In this document: in pieces, positions 39,151 to 52,753 of the stretch
Layout: the number at the start of each line of letters is the position of its first letter
How positions within the stretch are numbered: the stretch's first letter is position 1
Source: Raja brachyura
Lineage: Eukaryota
Assembly (NCBI GenBank): GCA_963514005.1
Contig: OY740781.1
Coordinates: 32,736,001 to 32,800,000 of the forward strand
Length of the DNA stretch: 64,000 nt
Direction: 5' to 3'
Program-made: the position numbers and the translations under genes
The notes under the pieces: generated by a model
What the model was told of the DNA's origin: nothing
Database searches by the model: none
The model's input: the letters and a program-made list of their open reading frames with translations, nothing else

Positions 39151-39508
39151 CAAGTAAGTAAGTAAGTAAGTTTATTGGCCAAATATTCACATACAAGGAA
39201 TTTGCCTTGGTGCTCCGCCCACAAGTAACAACATGACAGACAGTGACAGTTACGAATGACTCAGAAAACACTAAACATTAATAATAATAAGACATTAATG
39301 ATAAAACACCATTGATGAAGCATGTGAACCAACAAAATACCAGATCAAAGGGAGGCTACAGATTTTTGGCTGTTGAGTAGAGCAACTACTCGTGGATAAA
39401 AACTGTTTTTATGTCTGGCTGTGGCAGCTTTGACAATCCGGAGTCGCCTTCCAGAGGGAAGTGATTCAAAGAGTTTGTGGCCACGGTGAGAGGGGTCAGA
39501 GATGATCA
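39151..39508 (-). mobile_element. Rex1/Babar-like LINE 3' end
   Basis: IISDPSHRGHKLFESLPSGRRLR...HKNSFYPRVVALLN with a (ttac)n tail. Confidence 0.85.
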
Positions 39509-40869
39509 ACCAGGGTTTCACAAATTTGTCAGCCTTGCCCTTCACCCTAACAGCAACATGATGCCCCTGTACTCTTATAATCTCTCTTTCAAACAGCTCT
39601 CAATGGCTATCCATGTTCAGACATATGCACGTTCTTTAGAGATACTGCCTGAACTGTTGACTCACTCAGTATCTTTTTTTTTGTAAACCAGCACTGCAGT
39701 TCCTTGATTCAACATGCTTCTGGTTATATATGATCCAGGAATAATAAGCAATTCATTTCAACACGAGAGACAAACGTTTCAATTTATCTATATTTTTCTA
39801 AACAATTGAGTTTATTGTAATATTTTAAATGTTTCGAAGTAGTTGAAAATATCCTAGTTATTTTCTTTCAGATAGTTTTTTTTTGTTTTCTTGAGATAGT
39901 TTTGAATGCTTCTCGGTGCTCAGGGATCATTCACCGCCCTTGAGAGGTTTGCCAGCCAGCAGTATTTGGCGGCATTGCTTATTTGCAGAAAATAAGTACT
40001 TTTCATCTATTTAATGGGAAGAGCTTGCCCACGACTCCATCACGTCCGCTTCTCCTTCTCAGCCTCTTCTTCTGCCTCTCCTTGTCTCTGTGTCACAACT
40101 GTGCATATTCCAAGCCTGATTCTTAAAGATCAGGGCAGCTTCAGGCAGCAAATTAACACTGGCAAATCTTGAAAAGTTCACATTTACCATAAAGGTCTGT
40201 GCCAAGCAAGAGTGGCTTGGCATTGGCAACAAGCTCTCATTCTTCACTGATAGATCACTATATTCTGATGAACAATGATGTTTTTATCTATATTATGCTA
40301 TTCTGACCAAGTTATTTTGAAATCTTAAACCTTGCATAAATGAAGGCTGATGTTTGTGGGCTTGAATATTGCCTTGACTATATTTTACACAATACTCCTT
40401 GGAATAATTTCCACTTTCATTGCAACTGTTGAGAAAATGCTTTGCACTAACACATTCTGCAAAGCGGAACTAGCATGACTAATTTATAAATGGAGTATTG
40501 ATGAGGATGGCTTTTCCTTTTAATGTGAATAGCTCTTAAGCAAGCAACAAAAAGCAACCCTTTATTAATACTGACAAGCGATGAGTCTCACGAAGAAGCA
40601 TTTCAATTACTTTGCAGAGTCACAAGAGTCAAAATCTTCAAACATTTCAATCAAGGGGAAGATAGTTGTCATGTGGTGCAGTTGAAAGCAAATGAAGTAA
40701 CATGGGAGGATGAGGATAAATCTACAAAAAATGCACATTGAAAATCCATAGTAACTTGAGAGATTTATTTCCACAAGGCTTGAGATTTTTATATCTGTTT
40801 GGGTGAAGTGAGAGTAAAAAATAATGGTCATTTAATCAATTATTTAACCACGTATTTCCAATACGATCA

Positions 40870-41213
40870 CAGAGGCAGGAAACATGTTCGCGATGTTGGG
40901 GTGTCCAGAAACAGAGACCACAGTTAAGAATAAGGGGTAAGCCATTTAGAACGGAGATGAGGAAATACTTTTTCACACAGAGAGTTGTGAGTCTGTGGAA
41001 TTCTGCCTCAGAGGGAGGTGGAGGACAGTTCTCTGGATGCTTTCAAGAGAGAGTTAGATAGATCTCTTAAAGATAGCGGAGTCAAGGGAAATGGGGGGAA
41101 GGCAGGAACGGGGTACTGATTGTGGATGATCAGCCATGATCACAGTGAATGGCGGTGCTGGCTCGAAGGGCCGAAGGGCCTACTCCTGCACCTATTGTCT
41201 ATTGTGTATTGTC
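40870..41213 (+). mobile_element. CR1 3' fragment
   Basis: Same subfamily as 23957-24328, with a ctattgt tail. Confidence 0.85.
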
Positions 41214-41611
41214 TCTTTTCTTTCTTTAACTTTTATTGTATATATGGCAAAACATGGACAGAATGGATATCTCTCATTGTAAACACGGGCTTTCCCCCTA
41301 TATCAGCACCACACTACAATGTCAAGTTTAATCCAACACAATATAAAGTTTCCTCCAGTTCGAAAGAAGTACGATACTACCACAGTGTGACAACCGCTAT
41401 GTTGTCATATGAATCATTTATCTAATGCAAGTACAATTCCAAATTTGAGACACTTTTTACCATGAAACTGAATTGCTCCTTCGCACAGGTCCTTTATGTA
41501 AAAGTTCAGGATTAAATGACATAAAATTAATATTGGAAATATTCCCAAGTTAACCCATTTATCTGATTGCATTGGCCATTTTCTTACTAATACTTGGACA
41601 TACTTCCCTTT

Positions 41612-42095
41612 GAGTCTGAAGAAGGGTCTCAACCCGAAATGTCACATATTCCTGTTCTCCAGATGCTGCCTGACCTGTTGAATGACTCCAGCATTTTGTG
41701 TCTATCTTAGGTACTGCCCCATACTGGCTTACCTTCACTTACGTGTCAGTTAGAGATGTTAACCTCATCAATGCCTAAATGCTCCATTGCAAGAGTAAGA
41801 CCACACACAAACTAGAGGAACAGCACCTCACATTCCGCTTAGGTAGCTTACAATCCAATGGTATGAACACTGAACTCTCCAATTTTACATAACTACAAAC
41901 CCTTTCCCTTTCTTCCACCCCCTACTCCCTCCTCTGTCGTCCACCTGAACTCAGGTGACCTCTCCCCTTCCCTTCCACCTATATTCCTTGCTCTAGCTTC
42001 ACAATTTGCAACTCTTCAATCCCTTCTCTAGCTTTTGCCAACCACCTGGTTCTCAAACCCCTCACCTGTATCCATCTATTACTTGCCAGGCTTTG
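41612..42095 (+). mobile_element. Penelope-like fragments (terminal repeat with hammerhead motif; GIY-YIG C-terminus and 3' UTR)
   Basis: gtctgaagaagggtctcaacccgaaatgtc at ~41614 and KLEEQHLTFRLGSLQ at ~41810-41855. Confidence 0.7.
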
Positions 42096-45044
42096 AGGGT
42101 GGAATACATTGCCCGAGGGTGTGGTAGAGACAGGTAATCTCACACTAATCAAAAAGTATCTACACAAACACTTGAATCACCAAGTCATTGAATGGTATGC
42201 ATCAAGTGCTGGTGTGTTGGATTCATGTGGATGGGACTCAATGGTTGGCATGGACGTGACGGGGTTAAAGGCCTTGTTTCTATGCTGTATAATTCTATAG
42301 CCAAGGAAACGCATTAAATTCATCACACCATCCTGGTGAATTTTAATATGGTTTTGATTAGCTCCGGAAAATAAAACTTCCCTCCACTCCTTATCACGTA
42401 TAATTTAAGTTTTTCTTCTTTTGAATTGAACAAAAACCACACAATCATAATCTAATTATTATTCAGGAGCTTGCAAAAGTACTTACAGAAAGGGAAGGCT
42501 TAATTTGTCATTTAGCACTCAGCAAAAATTTATCCTAACAACTTTAATGCTCAAGGTGATAAATATTGAATTAATTTACATGTTGTGTTAAATTCTGCAA
42601 TTGGAAAAGTAAATTGATCATTTGTGCTTTCATTACACTCCATGAAATTTAGCAATTTTCTAATGTGCCTACTCTTTTAGCACACGTATTGTTGCGGAAA
42701 CTAAGTCATACATATTTCAGTGTGGAAATGGTGCCCACCGTTTCTTCTCTTAATTATCTCAGCTGTGGTACATTTACCTTTTATCTTCCCACTGACATAT
42801 CTTTGGTCCAATTCTTGACCAAAGAATATGTGAGTGGGAAGATGAGAGATAAAGCGCCACAACTGGGGAAAGTACATTCATAGAGCTGTACTGTATGAAT
42901 TCTCCTGCCTTCTCCCTTTAACCTCTGACACCCGTACCCATAGAGTTTTATGGCACAGTGCAGAAAGGAGGCCATCAGCCCAACTTGTCCATGCCAACCA
43001 AGGTGCATACCTGACCTAATACCATTTGCCTATGTTTAGCCTAATTCCCTCTAAACCTTTCCTATCCATGTATCCTATCTGCCCAAACGTCTTTGATATG
43101 TTGTAATTCTACCTGCATCCATCACCCCCGTTCCCTACATCAACATTGTCTACATGAAATACTTCCCCCTTCAGATCCCGTTAAAACCTTTCCTTTCTCA
43201 CCTCAAATCAATGGCCTCCAGCTTTGTGGATTGGAAGTGGAAATATCAAGTAAAGGAATATGTTTCAAGAATCATGGCTCATAGGAGAAATGTGGTGGAG
43301 AAAGAGTTGAGGGAGTTAGTGGGTTAAAGTGCGGTGACATAGTGGAAGTGGAATAAAGGCTGTGGGATTACTTTAAGGAGCTGGTCATGGCTACTGTGGC
43401 TCCCCACAATATAGTGTGCCAGACAAAATGCTTTACAGATAAAGAGGGATTATTGCCTTGTGGTATTGAGTAAATAGAAACTGACATAATACCTTGTTTC
43501 ATTTGCAATTTGCATTCATTTATTGTTTCCCAAATAAATCCCATAAGAGTGAATTTAATTACGTATCTCACATTTTATTGATTTGTGAATTCTGTAAGGG
43601 CATATTTCTCCACCCAAATATCTATAATGCAGTCCCCTGTATGTATGTTATTATAATGTTAAGTGTATTATAGATTTGGTGCTTTTTTAGGGAAAGCTAG
43701 ATTTGTATGAAATCTTAAGGATGAGAGAAAGCATATAATTTCTACTTTGACTGCACTTCTTGATAGTTTTAAGAGTGGATATTTGGAGCAGATTTACCAA
43801 CGCAATTAATTAAGGTTTATCATGAGAGAATAAAAAAAAACATCACGTGTATCCAGTTCAGTTCTGAGAGCAGAGTTTAAATGATTGAAATTATTTTTTT
43901 AAACTTCACAAATGTTTTGTGATAAACTAAAGAACGATTTAAAGGATGATTTTGGTATCTGCCCACTCAGGAAGTAGTTTAAATTTGATAACCACCACAA
44001 AGGCCCTCCTGGATTACAGTTTGTGGAATCTCTAATTCAGTCGGGTGTTGTTTAATTTTAGTGTGGATGAAGTTATTCCCCAGCACAGTAGTTCTTAAAC
44101 CACCATAACCATGGACAGCTTAAAAAACATTGAACAAACATTGTACAAACATTGTGCTTAAAATTTAGTTATCACTTGTTCTGTTTTAGCTGAATTTTGC
44201 CGAAATAAATAACTTGAAACCAGGAGAAACTCTTTATCATTTGGTAAATAATTACTCAAAAGATTCATTACACAATTGAAAATGGAAGAGGAAATAGATA
44301 CATTTATCATCCATTCAAATATTATCAATGTAGCTATTTCAACATCTGAGTCCAAATGAGACCGTAATAAGTCATTTTGTGGAAGATTAGAGGTTTTTCT
44401 ACTAATCGTTTTCTGTCAATTTTGTTACCAACTACTACATTACCACCAATTTGAGTTTTTAAATGGTTGTCATGGTTACAACATGGAACTTTATTACTAT
44501 AATCAATCAAATCGCCCTAAAGAATTGTGGGAGATTTTGGCTTCTTAATGTCAATGCATTCCTATTGTTGCTCATCTCAGGGCCCTCAAATGATAAGGTT
44601 TTATTTGGTTTTATTTATTACACATATTTAATCTGCCATTTTTTTTACTTTTCATCTTTCTTAATTTCCTTGACAATATTTATTTCAATGAAATATCAGC
44701 TTTTTATACAGTGCTTCCTATTCAGCTTGCTGATTTCACTAATCACTGCCAATTTTTTGATATGGTGCCTCTTCAACCTTTCATTATTATCTGGATTCGG
44801 CTTCTTTGTGACATCTGCTGAAGCTGGTTTTCTTTAGAATCCAAATACAGACTGGTTATTTATTAATCTTAGGTCTGAGAGCAATGCCAAAATGAATATT
44901 AAGTGAACATGAACAAATGTATTCTTCATGCAGAGTTTATTTCCATATTATGGTCCTGCCTCCCAACGCTACAAACCCCCTTCACTCCTTGTTGAAGCAA
45001 CAGCCCCTTAAAAATCCAAGTATTAAATCAACATACTTTATTTG

Positions 45045-45235
45045 TGTAGGTAGGAACTGCAGATGCTGGTTTAAATCAAAGATAGACACAAAATGCTGGA
45101 GTAACTCAGCGGGACAGGCAGCATCTCTGGAGAGAAGGAATGGGTGACGTTTTGGGTCTTGGACCTAAACATCACCTATCCCTTCTCTTCAATGATGCTG
45201 CCTGTCCCCCTGAATTATTCCAGCATTTTATGTCC
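45045..45235. mobile_element. Palindromic Penelope terminal-repeat cassette
   Basis: ggaactgcagatgctggtttaaatc...aatgggtgacgttttgggtc with a mirrored arm. Confidence 0.7.
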
Positions 45236-45442
45236 ATACTTTCTTTGTGTATCTCATATTCTTTCCTACTCCTTTCCATCTGTTCACCACAGACCTGGCT
45301 GCTCACAGAGTCATGGGGAATGAGGTGCACAGGACAAAAATAGGCTGAAGGACATAAAGTGCTGGAGTAACTCAGTGCTGTAACTCAGCGGGTCAGGCAG
45401 CATCTGTGGAGAACATGAATAGGTGACGTTTCAGGTCAAGAT

Positions 45443-46194
45443 TCAGATTCAGATTCAGATTCAGAAAACTTTATTGTCTGTCGTAACAGAAAAATCTTCT
45501 TTGACGTGGCTCAACATACAACAAGACAATATACAACAGTCATCATACAACACAGCCTTCTGCGGGAACACTCAGTGTGTATAGGTCTTAAAACAAGTAT
45601 AAAGATTAGAAACTGTAAAAATAGACAAGATAAAAGTTGAAAGTTGTGGATACGTGTAAAGTGACAGTGCGTCAGGGTTAATTTGTCCATTGATCATGTA
45701 TTATTTAAACTATTTATGGCAATGGGTATGAATGAGTTTTTGTGGATGTTTTTCTTGGATAGGGGGACTTTATATCGACGGCCTGATGGCAGAAGTTGGA
45801 AGGACTTGTGCAGGGGGTGGGTGGGATCCTGTGTAATGAGGTTGGCTTTCCTTTTAACTGCCTGGGTGTGAAGTACTGACAATTGAATTTGAGTTTTGCC
45901 AGTTATTTTGCTTGCTTGATTGATGATCCGGGAAAGCTTTGATTTGTCTTTGACAGAGGTAAGGGTGAACCAGGATGTGATGTTAAAGGTGAGTACAGAT
46001 TCTATAAGTGATTTATATACAGCTGTTAAAATGTCCTGTCTGACATCAAAGCTCCTGAGTTTCCTCATCAGGAACAGGCGTTGCTGTGCCTTCTTGTACA
46101 CAGAGTCTGTGTGCTGGGAGAAGGACAGGCGGGTGTCAATCTCTGTGCCCAGGTATCTAAAGGCCTCTACCTGCTCGACTGTCTGCCCATTCAG
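45443..46194 (-). mobile_element. Rex1/Babar-like LINE 3' fragment with TSD
   Basis: ORF 45694-46197 (FRYLG..AQQRLFLMRKL..IESVLTF..DPTHPLHKSFQLLPSGRRY), a (tgaatc)n tail, and TSD CAAGAT at 45437-45442 and 46195-46200. Confidence 0.9.
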
Positions 46195-49100
46195 CAAGAT
46201 CCTTCTTCAGACTGATTGTGGTGAAGGGGAGAAAGCTGGAAAAGGAGAAACCTGGCCAAAGGGTGGCAGGTTACAGGTGGGCATCGGCGAGATGCAGAAC
46301 ATAAGCAGAACAAAGGCCAGAGAGAAGAACAGAAGGTGTGCCACAGGTTCAAGGAAAACAATCTCAGACTATCCAGTCCCTCCTCTTAACACTGGCTCTC
46401 TAGCCCAAGCCACTTCCTGTAAATCTTTTCTGCATTCTCTCCAGCTTAATCACATCCTGGAGCACGGTGACAGGAACTGTGTGCAATGCTCCAAGTGTGG
46501 CCTATCTAATAATTAGTGCAATTGTAACATAATCCTGCAACTCATGGGCTCAATGCCTTGGATGAAGAAGAAATGCACTGTTACCATTCCTTCTGTCTGC
46601 CTGTGACAACACTTTGGGGGAACTCTGTACTTGTGCCACTGAGATGTCATACCAGAAGGCTTGCACCATCGGAAGAAGCCTAATGTGAGTCACAGAATAG
46701 ATGGAGATAGAATTAAAAATTGGTGGGAAAGATCCTGCAATCTCCCTCTCAGCTCAGTTCAGCTTAGTTTATTGGCACGTGTACCGAGGTACAGTGAAAA
46801 GCTTTTATTGTGTGCTAACTGGCCAGTGGAAATACAATACATGATTACACTTGAGCCATTTACAGTGTATAGATACTGTACATGATAAGGGAATAATGTT
46901 TAGTGCAAGGTAAAGCCATTAAAGTCCGATCAAAGATAGCCCAAGGGACACCAATGAGGTAGATAGTAGTTCAGGACTGCTCTCTAATTGCCCTCTTTTT
47001 TCCCCCACAAACCTCTAGGGTGCAACTGTGGAGGCTCCAGAGATTTACCCACCTTCATGCATGTTTAAGACTCCCAATACCTTCTTGATTGCAATATCAA
47101 TATGTTTCAGGATCTCATTGTTCTCTTCCCTGAACTCACTAGCTTGCATGTCTTTTCGTTATTGCTCTTCTACAGAAAAAGCCTGTTGTGGGTCACAGAA
47201 TAAATGGAGACAGACTTAAAATCTGGTCGTTAAGCTTTGATATAATGATGATCAGTAGTTCTTCAGACATGTTTAATACCTCACAAAGAAACAAGGAGGC
47301 TCTTTGAGTACTTCATGTAATAAGGAAATGTGCTGAAAGTTATCACCAGGTAATTCTCTTCAATCTCTTGCAAATACATGGAGACAGGAAGTGGAGGTCA
47401 ACAGAAAGAGAAGGGCAAGCCCTTAGAAGACATTCCGATTTATAAAAGGACTTTCACGTCTTTGCAAAGTGCCACACAGGCAATGAATGAAGTATATGCA
47501 TTGGTGTTAAGCAATGCAAATGTGGTAGCAGAAGTACACGGGCCAAAGCCTCATAAACCGGACATGATGTAAGTGACCATTCGAACTAATTTGCTCTTAT
47601 TTACAGAGTGATAAATGTTGGCTGAGATAACCCTTGTGCAGGGAGAAAAACAAGAAGTTATTCTGCCCACCTGAACAAACACATCCTTGGCTTATTGCCT
47701 CACTAGGGGTAACTCTGAAAATGCCACACTCCATCACTATATCACTCGTAATATAAAATCATATTCTAATGTTGAAATAGTGCTATTATGATTTTGAGGC
47801 TATTACCCCATTTTTCTGATAACATTTATGTGCAGCAACGTGGGGTGGAATTTGCCTTAAAGATGCTGTAGAAAGGCATGTTCTGCTGTTGGTGGCCTAC
47901 AGATGGTACACACAATTGTACTTGGCTCAGACGGTTCTTTACACCGTGTTTGAAAGCTTCCAGCACTCACTGCCAAGGTTCAGTATGAATAATGACCAGC
48001 TGGGCGAGTGGCTGAAGGGCAACTACTGCCTAGCAACTACACTTCAAAGAAGTGTTCATATCTTCAAGGAAGTATAGAGGAAGACCCGAATTAAAAGGAA
48101 AAATCTGCAGTTCTTGAAAGATTAATATCTAGTGGTCTGCGATCCATTACAGGGTTGATTTTGCTAATGGAAAACAGCTTATCTTTAATAAATTTGAAAT
48201 ATATGAACATTTTTATTTTTAATGCACCCTATCTCGGAGTAGGCACAGCTTCATAGCTTTCAATTTAGACAATATGAAAATGGAAATAAATTTGAGCTAC
48301 TTAACGGGTCAATTGTCAAATAATCCATCAACTATGATGGTGCTCAGTCAAATGGATCACAAAGATCTCAAGATAGATCCATGTTCTATGTCGTTGTTGT
48401 TGATCTCAGAAGGGCTAGCAAACTTCTGAGAGGAAAAGTTTGCCCATTCCTGGACACTTGCCCATAACTCTTGTGGAAAGTCAGAATATGGACTTGTCAT
48501 AAGAGCTGATTATAATGTCTGCTGCCACTTATTAACTGGGTGCCATAACAGAAGGCTTGCACCATCAGAAGAAGTTTACCATGAGTCATAGAATAGATGG
48601 ATATAGAATAATAAATTGGTGAGAACGAGTAAATGTTTTTCATAATCTGGGTTGTTATACGACCAGTCTGAATAAGGGTCCCAACCCAAAACATCACCCA
48701 TCCTTTTTCTCCAGAGATACTGCCTGACCCGGTGAGTTACTCCAGCAATCTGTGTCTATCAGTGAAATCAAGTGCTCTTATTGGGCCACCGAAAGACTGA
48801 TAGCATCAAATGCCAATTTCTTGCAGAAACACATAAATATATTAACTTATTTATATTCCACCCCCTGCATAATATGAAAGAGTTTAAGAAAATTCATCAT
48901 GATCTTCCAATTTAAAAGTTGTTTCTCCCTACTTTGTTCATGTGAAATCATGCCTCACAAATTGTATGCTTTTTGTTTTAAGAGATCAAGGTGGATGATC
49001 ACAGTAATTTTCTCAGAGTAGGGCTAGCAAAAACTAGGGCATCGGTTTAACCCAAGAGCAGAAAAATGTAAAGGGGACCTGAGGGGCATGTTTTTCACAT

Positions 49101-49996
49101 AGAGAAAAGTGGGTAAATGGAATGAGCTGCCAGAGGAAGTGGTAGAGATGGGTATAATTACAATGTTTAAAATACATTTGTATATGTTCATGGATAGGCA
49201 AAGTTTTGAGGGGTATGGGGCAATTACGGGCAAATGGGACCAGCTCATGAAGTGTTGTGGATGAGTTGTGCCTATGGGCCTGTTCCTGTGTTATTGATCT
49301 TCATGACACTTCAACCTGCTTCAATTGGTTCAGAATACCCATGGAAAGTGATTTTCTCAACAACCCACTCTCAATTAATGGCCAGATTGAAAATATTTAT
49401 TGCCATACCTCCAGTTATTTACTTCATAGATTATTTTATTGTCCTGGCGGTAATGTATATGTACTGTTGGAAAATATCATGCTTTTTCCATCATCTGTCG
49501 CCCTATATAAAGCACAGTGGATTCTCTTTTATCTTCTTGCTTCAAGAACCTTTAAATCTCACTTTTTAGTGGGTGAAGTGCAGCCATAATTATCAATACT
49601 GTGGCCTGAAATAATCCTGGAACAGTGAGGCTGAAGAATAAAACAGTTTGTGTGGGAAGGAACTGCAGATGCTGGTTTTCACTGACGATAGACTAAAAAT
49701 GTTGGAGCAGCTCAGCTCAGCATCTCTGGAGAAAAGGACTAGGTGACATTTCGGGTTTGAAGAATGGGTCTACAATCAAAAGGACCCATTTATTCTAACT
49801 CTATGTTTTCTATGTGAAAATCAGTTTTCCATCCGTGCTAATATACTTTCTCAAATACTATGGTCCCTGACTCCTCATTTACTCCCTTGCCTAATAAACT
49901 GGGAGTGCATTTACCAGAGGATCGCGGTGTTTTGCAAGTTGGCTTACAACCATATCCCCAGGGCAATAGGCGATGGGCAATAAATACTCATCTGTC

Positions 49997-50478
49997 AATG
50001 TGAAGCACTTCAACTCCCCCTCCCATTCCGTATCCGACCTCTCAGTCCTGGGCCTCCTCCACGGCCAGAGTGAGCAACACCGCAAGTTGGAGGAACAGCA
50101 CCTCATATTCCGCTTGGGGAGTCTGCATCCTCTGGGCTTAAACATTGAATTTTCTCAATCCTGTTAACCCTTGCTGTTTCCTCCCCTTCCCACCTCTCCC
50201 TCAGACCTCGGGCCCTGGCATTCCTTCTCTCTATCTCTCCCCCACCAAAGTCGCACTAGCTTCTCATTTTCACACTACAAACAGCTTACAATGGCCTGTT
50301 TCCTTTATCATCGATACTTTTTTGCATATCTTTCATTCATTGTTCTTTATCTCTCCACATCACCGTCTATATCTCTCGTTTCCCTGATCCCTAACCAATC
50401 TGAAGAAGGGTCTCGACCCGAAACGTCGCCTATCTCCTTTGCTCCTTAGATGCTGCTGCACTCGCTGAGTTTCTCCAT
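49997..50478 (+). mobile_element. Penelope-like element 3' end: GIY-YIG C-terminus, 3' UTR and terminal repeat
   Basis: KHFNSPSHSVSDLSVLGLLHGQSEQHRKLEEQHLIFRLGSLHPLGLNIEF, stop at 50167, then a pyrimidine-rich UTR and the terminal repeat. Confidence 0.85.
50400..50427 (+). ncRNA. Minimal type I hammerhead-ribozyme-like motif of the Penelope terminal repeat
   Basis: CUGAAGA (50400-06), A, stem II GGGU-CUCG-ACCC, GAAA (50420-23), palindromic ACGU stem III and GUC cleavage triplet (50425-27). Stem I pairing is poor in this copy. Confidence 0.65.
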
Positions 50479-51625
50479 CTGTCATTGATGTTCAGATCCC
50501 ACAAATAAACTAAAATAAAACTGTTGTGTTTCTTACAACAGTTTCAGGCATCTTCAGTGCCTGTGATATGCTTTAGGCATCCTGCAAGTATTCTTTCTAA
50601 TGTAAAAGCAGTAAAGGTCAGGCTTCAGCTGTGAGAAGAGAAACAGAAGGAATGTTTTAGGTCAAAGATCCTACAGCTAACCTTTTTCTGCTTTTGTCAA
50701 GACTTTTTCTGTCTTCCTTTATTAACAACCTAACAATATGCTTTACCATTGCTTCTCAAGTACAATCAGCATCAGTATTGTGGATCTTAGCTTTCCTTTG
50801 GCTTTGGTCTAGCATATTTGTGACCTTGTGCATGGTGTGCAGTGTGTGGCCTAGTTCTTTGAACTCGTAAGGCCTTTTGTTTTGCAAATGGATGCCTCTC
50901 CCAACACTAACTTTGTCAAACATCAAATAGGTAGAGCAAGAAGCACTAGGGGAAGTCAGTGGGTCAAGTAGCTTCTGAGGAGGGAATGAATGGATGATGT
51001 TTTGAGTTGGAACCCTTCTTCAGTCTGAAGATTCCAGCATCTGCAGTCTTGTGTGTCATCAAATGGGTGTAATTGCTCATCTACGGTGCAGTTATTAACA
51101 AAACAATAGCGTCTATTTATTTAATGTCTTTGAGACAGGAAGGGGAAACCCAAGAGTAACTGAAGAAAGGTCTTGACCCGAAATGTAATCTATCCATGTT
51201 CTCCAGCGATGCTGCCTGACCCGTTGAGTTACTCTAGTCACTTTGTATTATTTTGTGTAACTGGATTATGTTGGCTGAAGATCAGGAGCTAAAGTCTTCC
51301 TATGGTGTGGCATGCTGTGTTCCAATGCCATCCAATTACTTCCTATCACTATCCTTATTTTGCCAGGCCACTCTCACAAAACCGAAGCAGATTTTGTGCA
51401 TCATGTACAATGGCTTGCAAAAGTTTTCATACCCCTTGAACTTTTCCACATTTTGTCATGTTACAACCACAAACGTAAATGTATTTTATTGGGATTTTAT
51501 GTGATAGACCAACACAAAGTGGTGCATAATTTTGAAGTGGAAGGAAAATGATACATGGTTTCCAAATTGTATTACAAATAAAAAGCTGAAAAGTGTGGCG
51601 TGCAAAAGTATTCAGCCTCCCTGAG

Positions 51626-52644
51626 TCAATACTTTGTAGAACCACCTTTCGCTGCAATTACAGCTGCAAGTCTTTTGGGGTATGTCTCTACCAGCTTTGC
51701 ACATCTAGGGACTGACATTTTTGCCCATTTTTCTTTGCAAAATAGCTCAAGCTCAGTCAGATTGGAAGGAGACCGTCTGTGAACAGCAATTTTCAAGTCT
51801 TGCCAGAGATTCTCAATTAGATTTAGGTCTGGACTTTGACTGGGCCATTCTAACACATGAATATGCTTTGATCTAAACCATTCCATTGTAGCCCTGGCTG
51901 TATGTTTAGGGTCGTTGTCCTGCTGGAAGGTGAACCTCCACCCCAGTCTCAAGTCTTTTGCAGACTCTAACAGGTTTTCTTCCAAGATTGCCCTGTATTT
52001 GGCTCCATCCATCTTCCCATCAAATCTGACCAGCTTCCCTGTCCCTGCTGAAGAAAAGCATCCCCACAGCATGATGCTGACACCACCATGTTTCACAGCG
52101 GGGATGGTGCATTCAGGGTGATGTGCAGTGTTAGTTTTCCGCCACAGATAGCGTTTTGCATTTAGGCCAAAAACTTCAATTTTGGTCTCATCAGACCAGA
52201 GCACCTTCCTCCACATGTTTGCTGTGTCCCCCACATGACTTGTGGCAAACTGCAAACGGGGCTTCTTATGGCTTTATTTCAACAATGGCTTTCTTCTTGC
52301 CACTCTTCCATAAAGGCCCGATTTGTGGAGTGCACCACTAATAGTTGTCCTGTGGACAGATTCTCCCACCTGAGCTGTCGATCTCTGCAGCTCCTCCAGA
52401 GTTACCATGGGCCTCTTGGCTGCTTCTCTGGTCAATACTCTCCTTGCCCGGCCTATCAGTTTAGGTGGACGGCCAAGTCTTGGTAGGTTTGCAGTTGTGG
52501 CATACTCTTTCCATTTTCGGATGATGGATTGAACAGTGCTCCATGAGTTGTTCAAAGCTTGGGATATTTTTTATAACCCAACCCTGCTTTAAACTTCTCC
52601 GCAACTTTATCCCTGACCTGTCAGGTGTGTTCCTTGGGCTTCAT
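51626..52644 (-). pseudogene. Tc1 transposase pseudogene
   Basis: ATG at 52644 (MKPKEH), HTH with GRPPKL, WSDETK, QQDNDPKH, SPDLNLIE (34 residues between second D and E). One frameshift near the N-terminus and an in-frame stop at 52274-52276. Confidence 0.93.
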
Positions 52645-52753
52645 GATGCTGTTTGTTCACTAATGTTCTCTAACAAACCTCGGAGGCCTTCACAGAACAG
52701 CTGTATTTATACTGAAATTAGATTACACACAAGTGGACTCTATTTACTAATTA

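Noticed and set aside
44463-44837. Hydrophobic 124-aa membrane-protein-like ORF
   Set aside because: T-rich low-complexity DNA gives F/L/I bias. No recognisable family or splice context.
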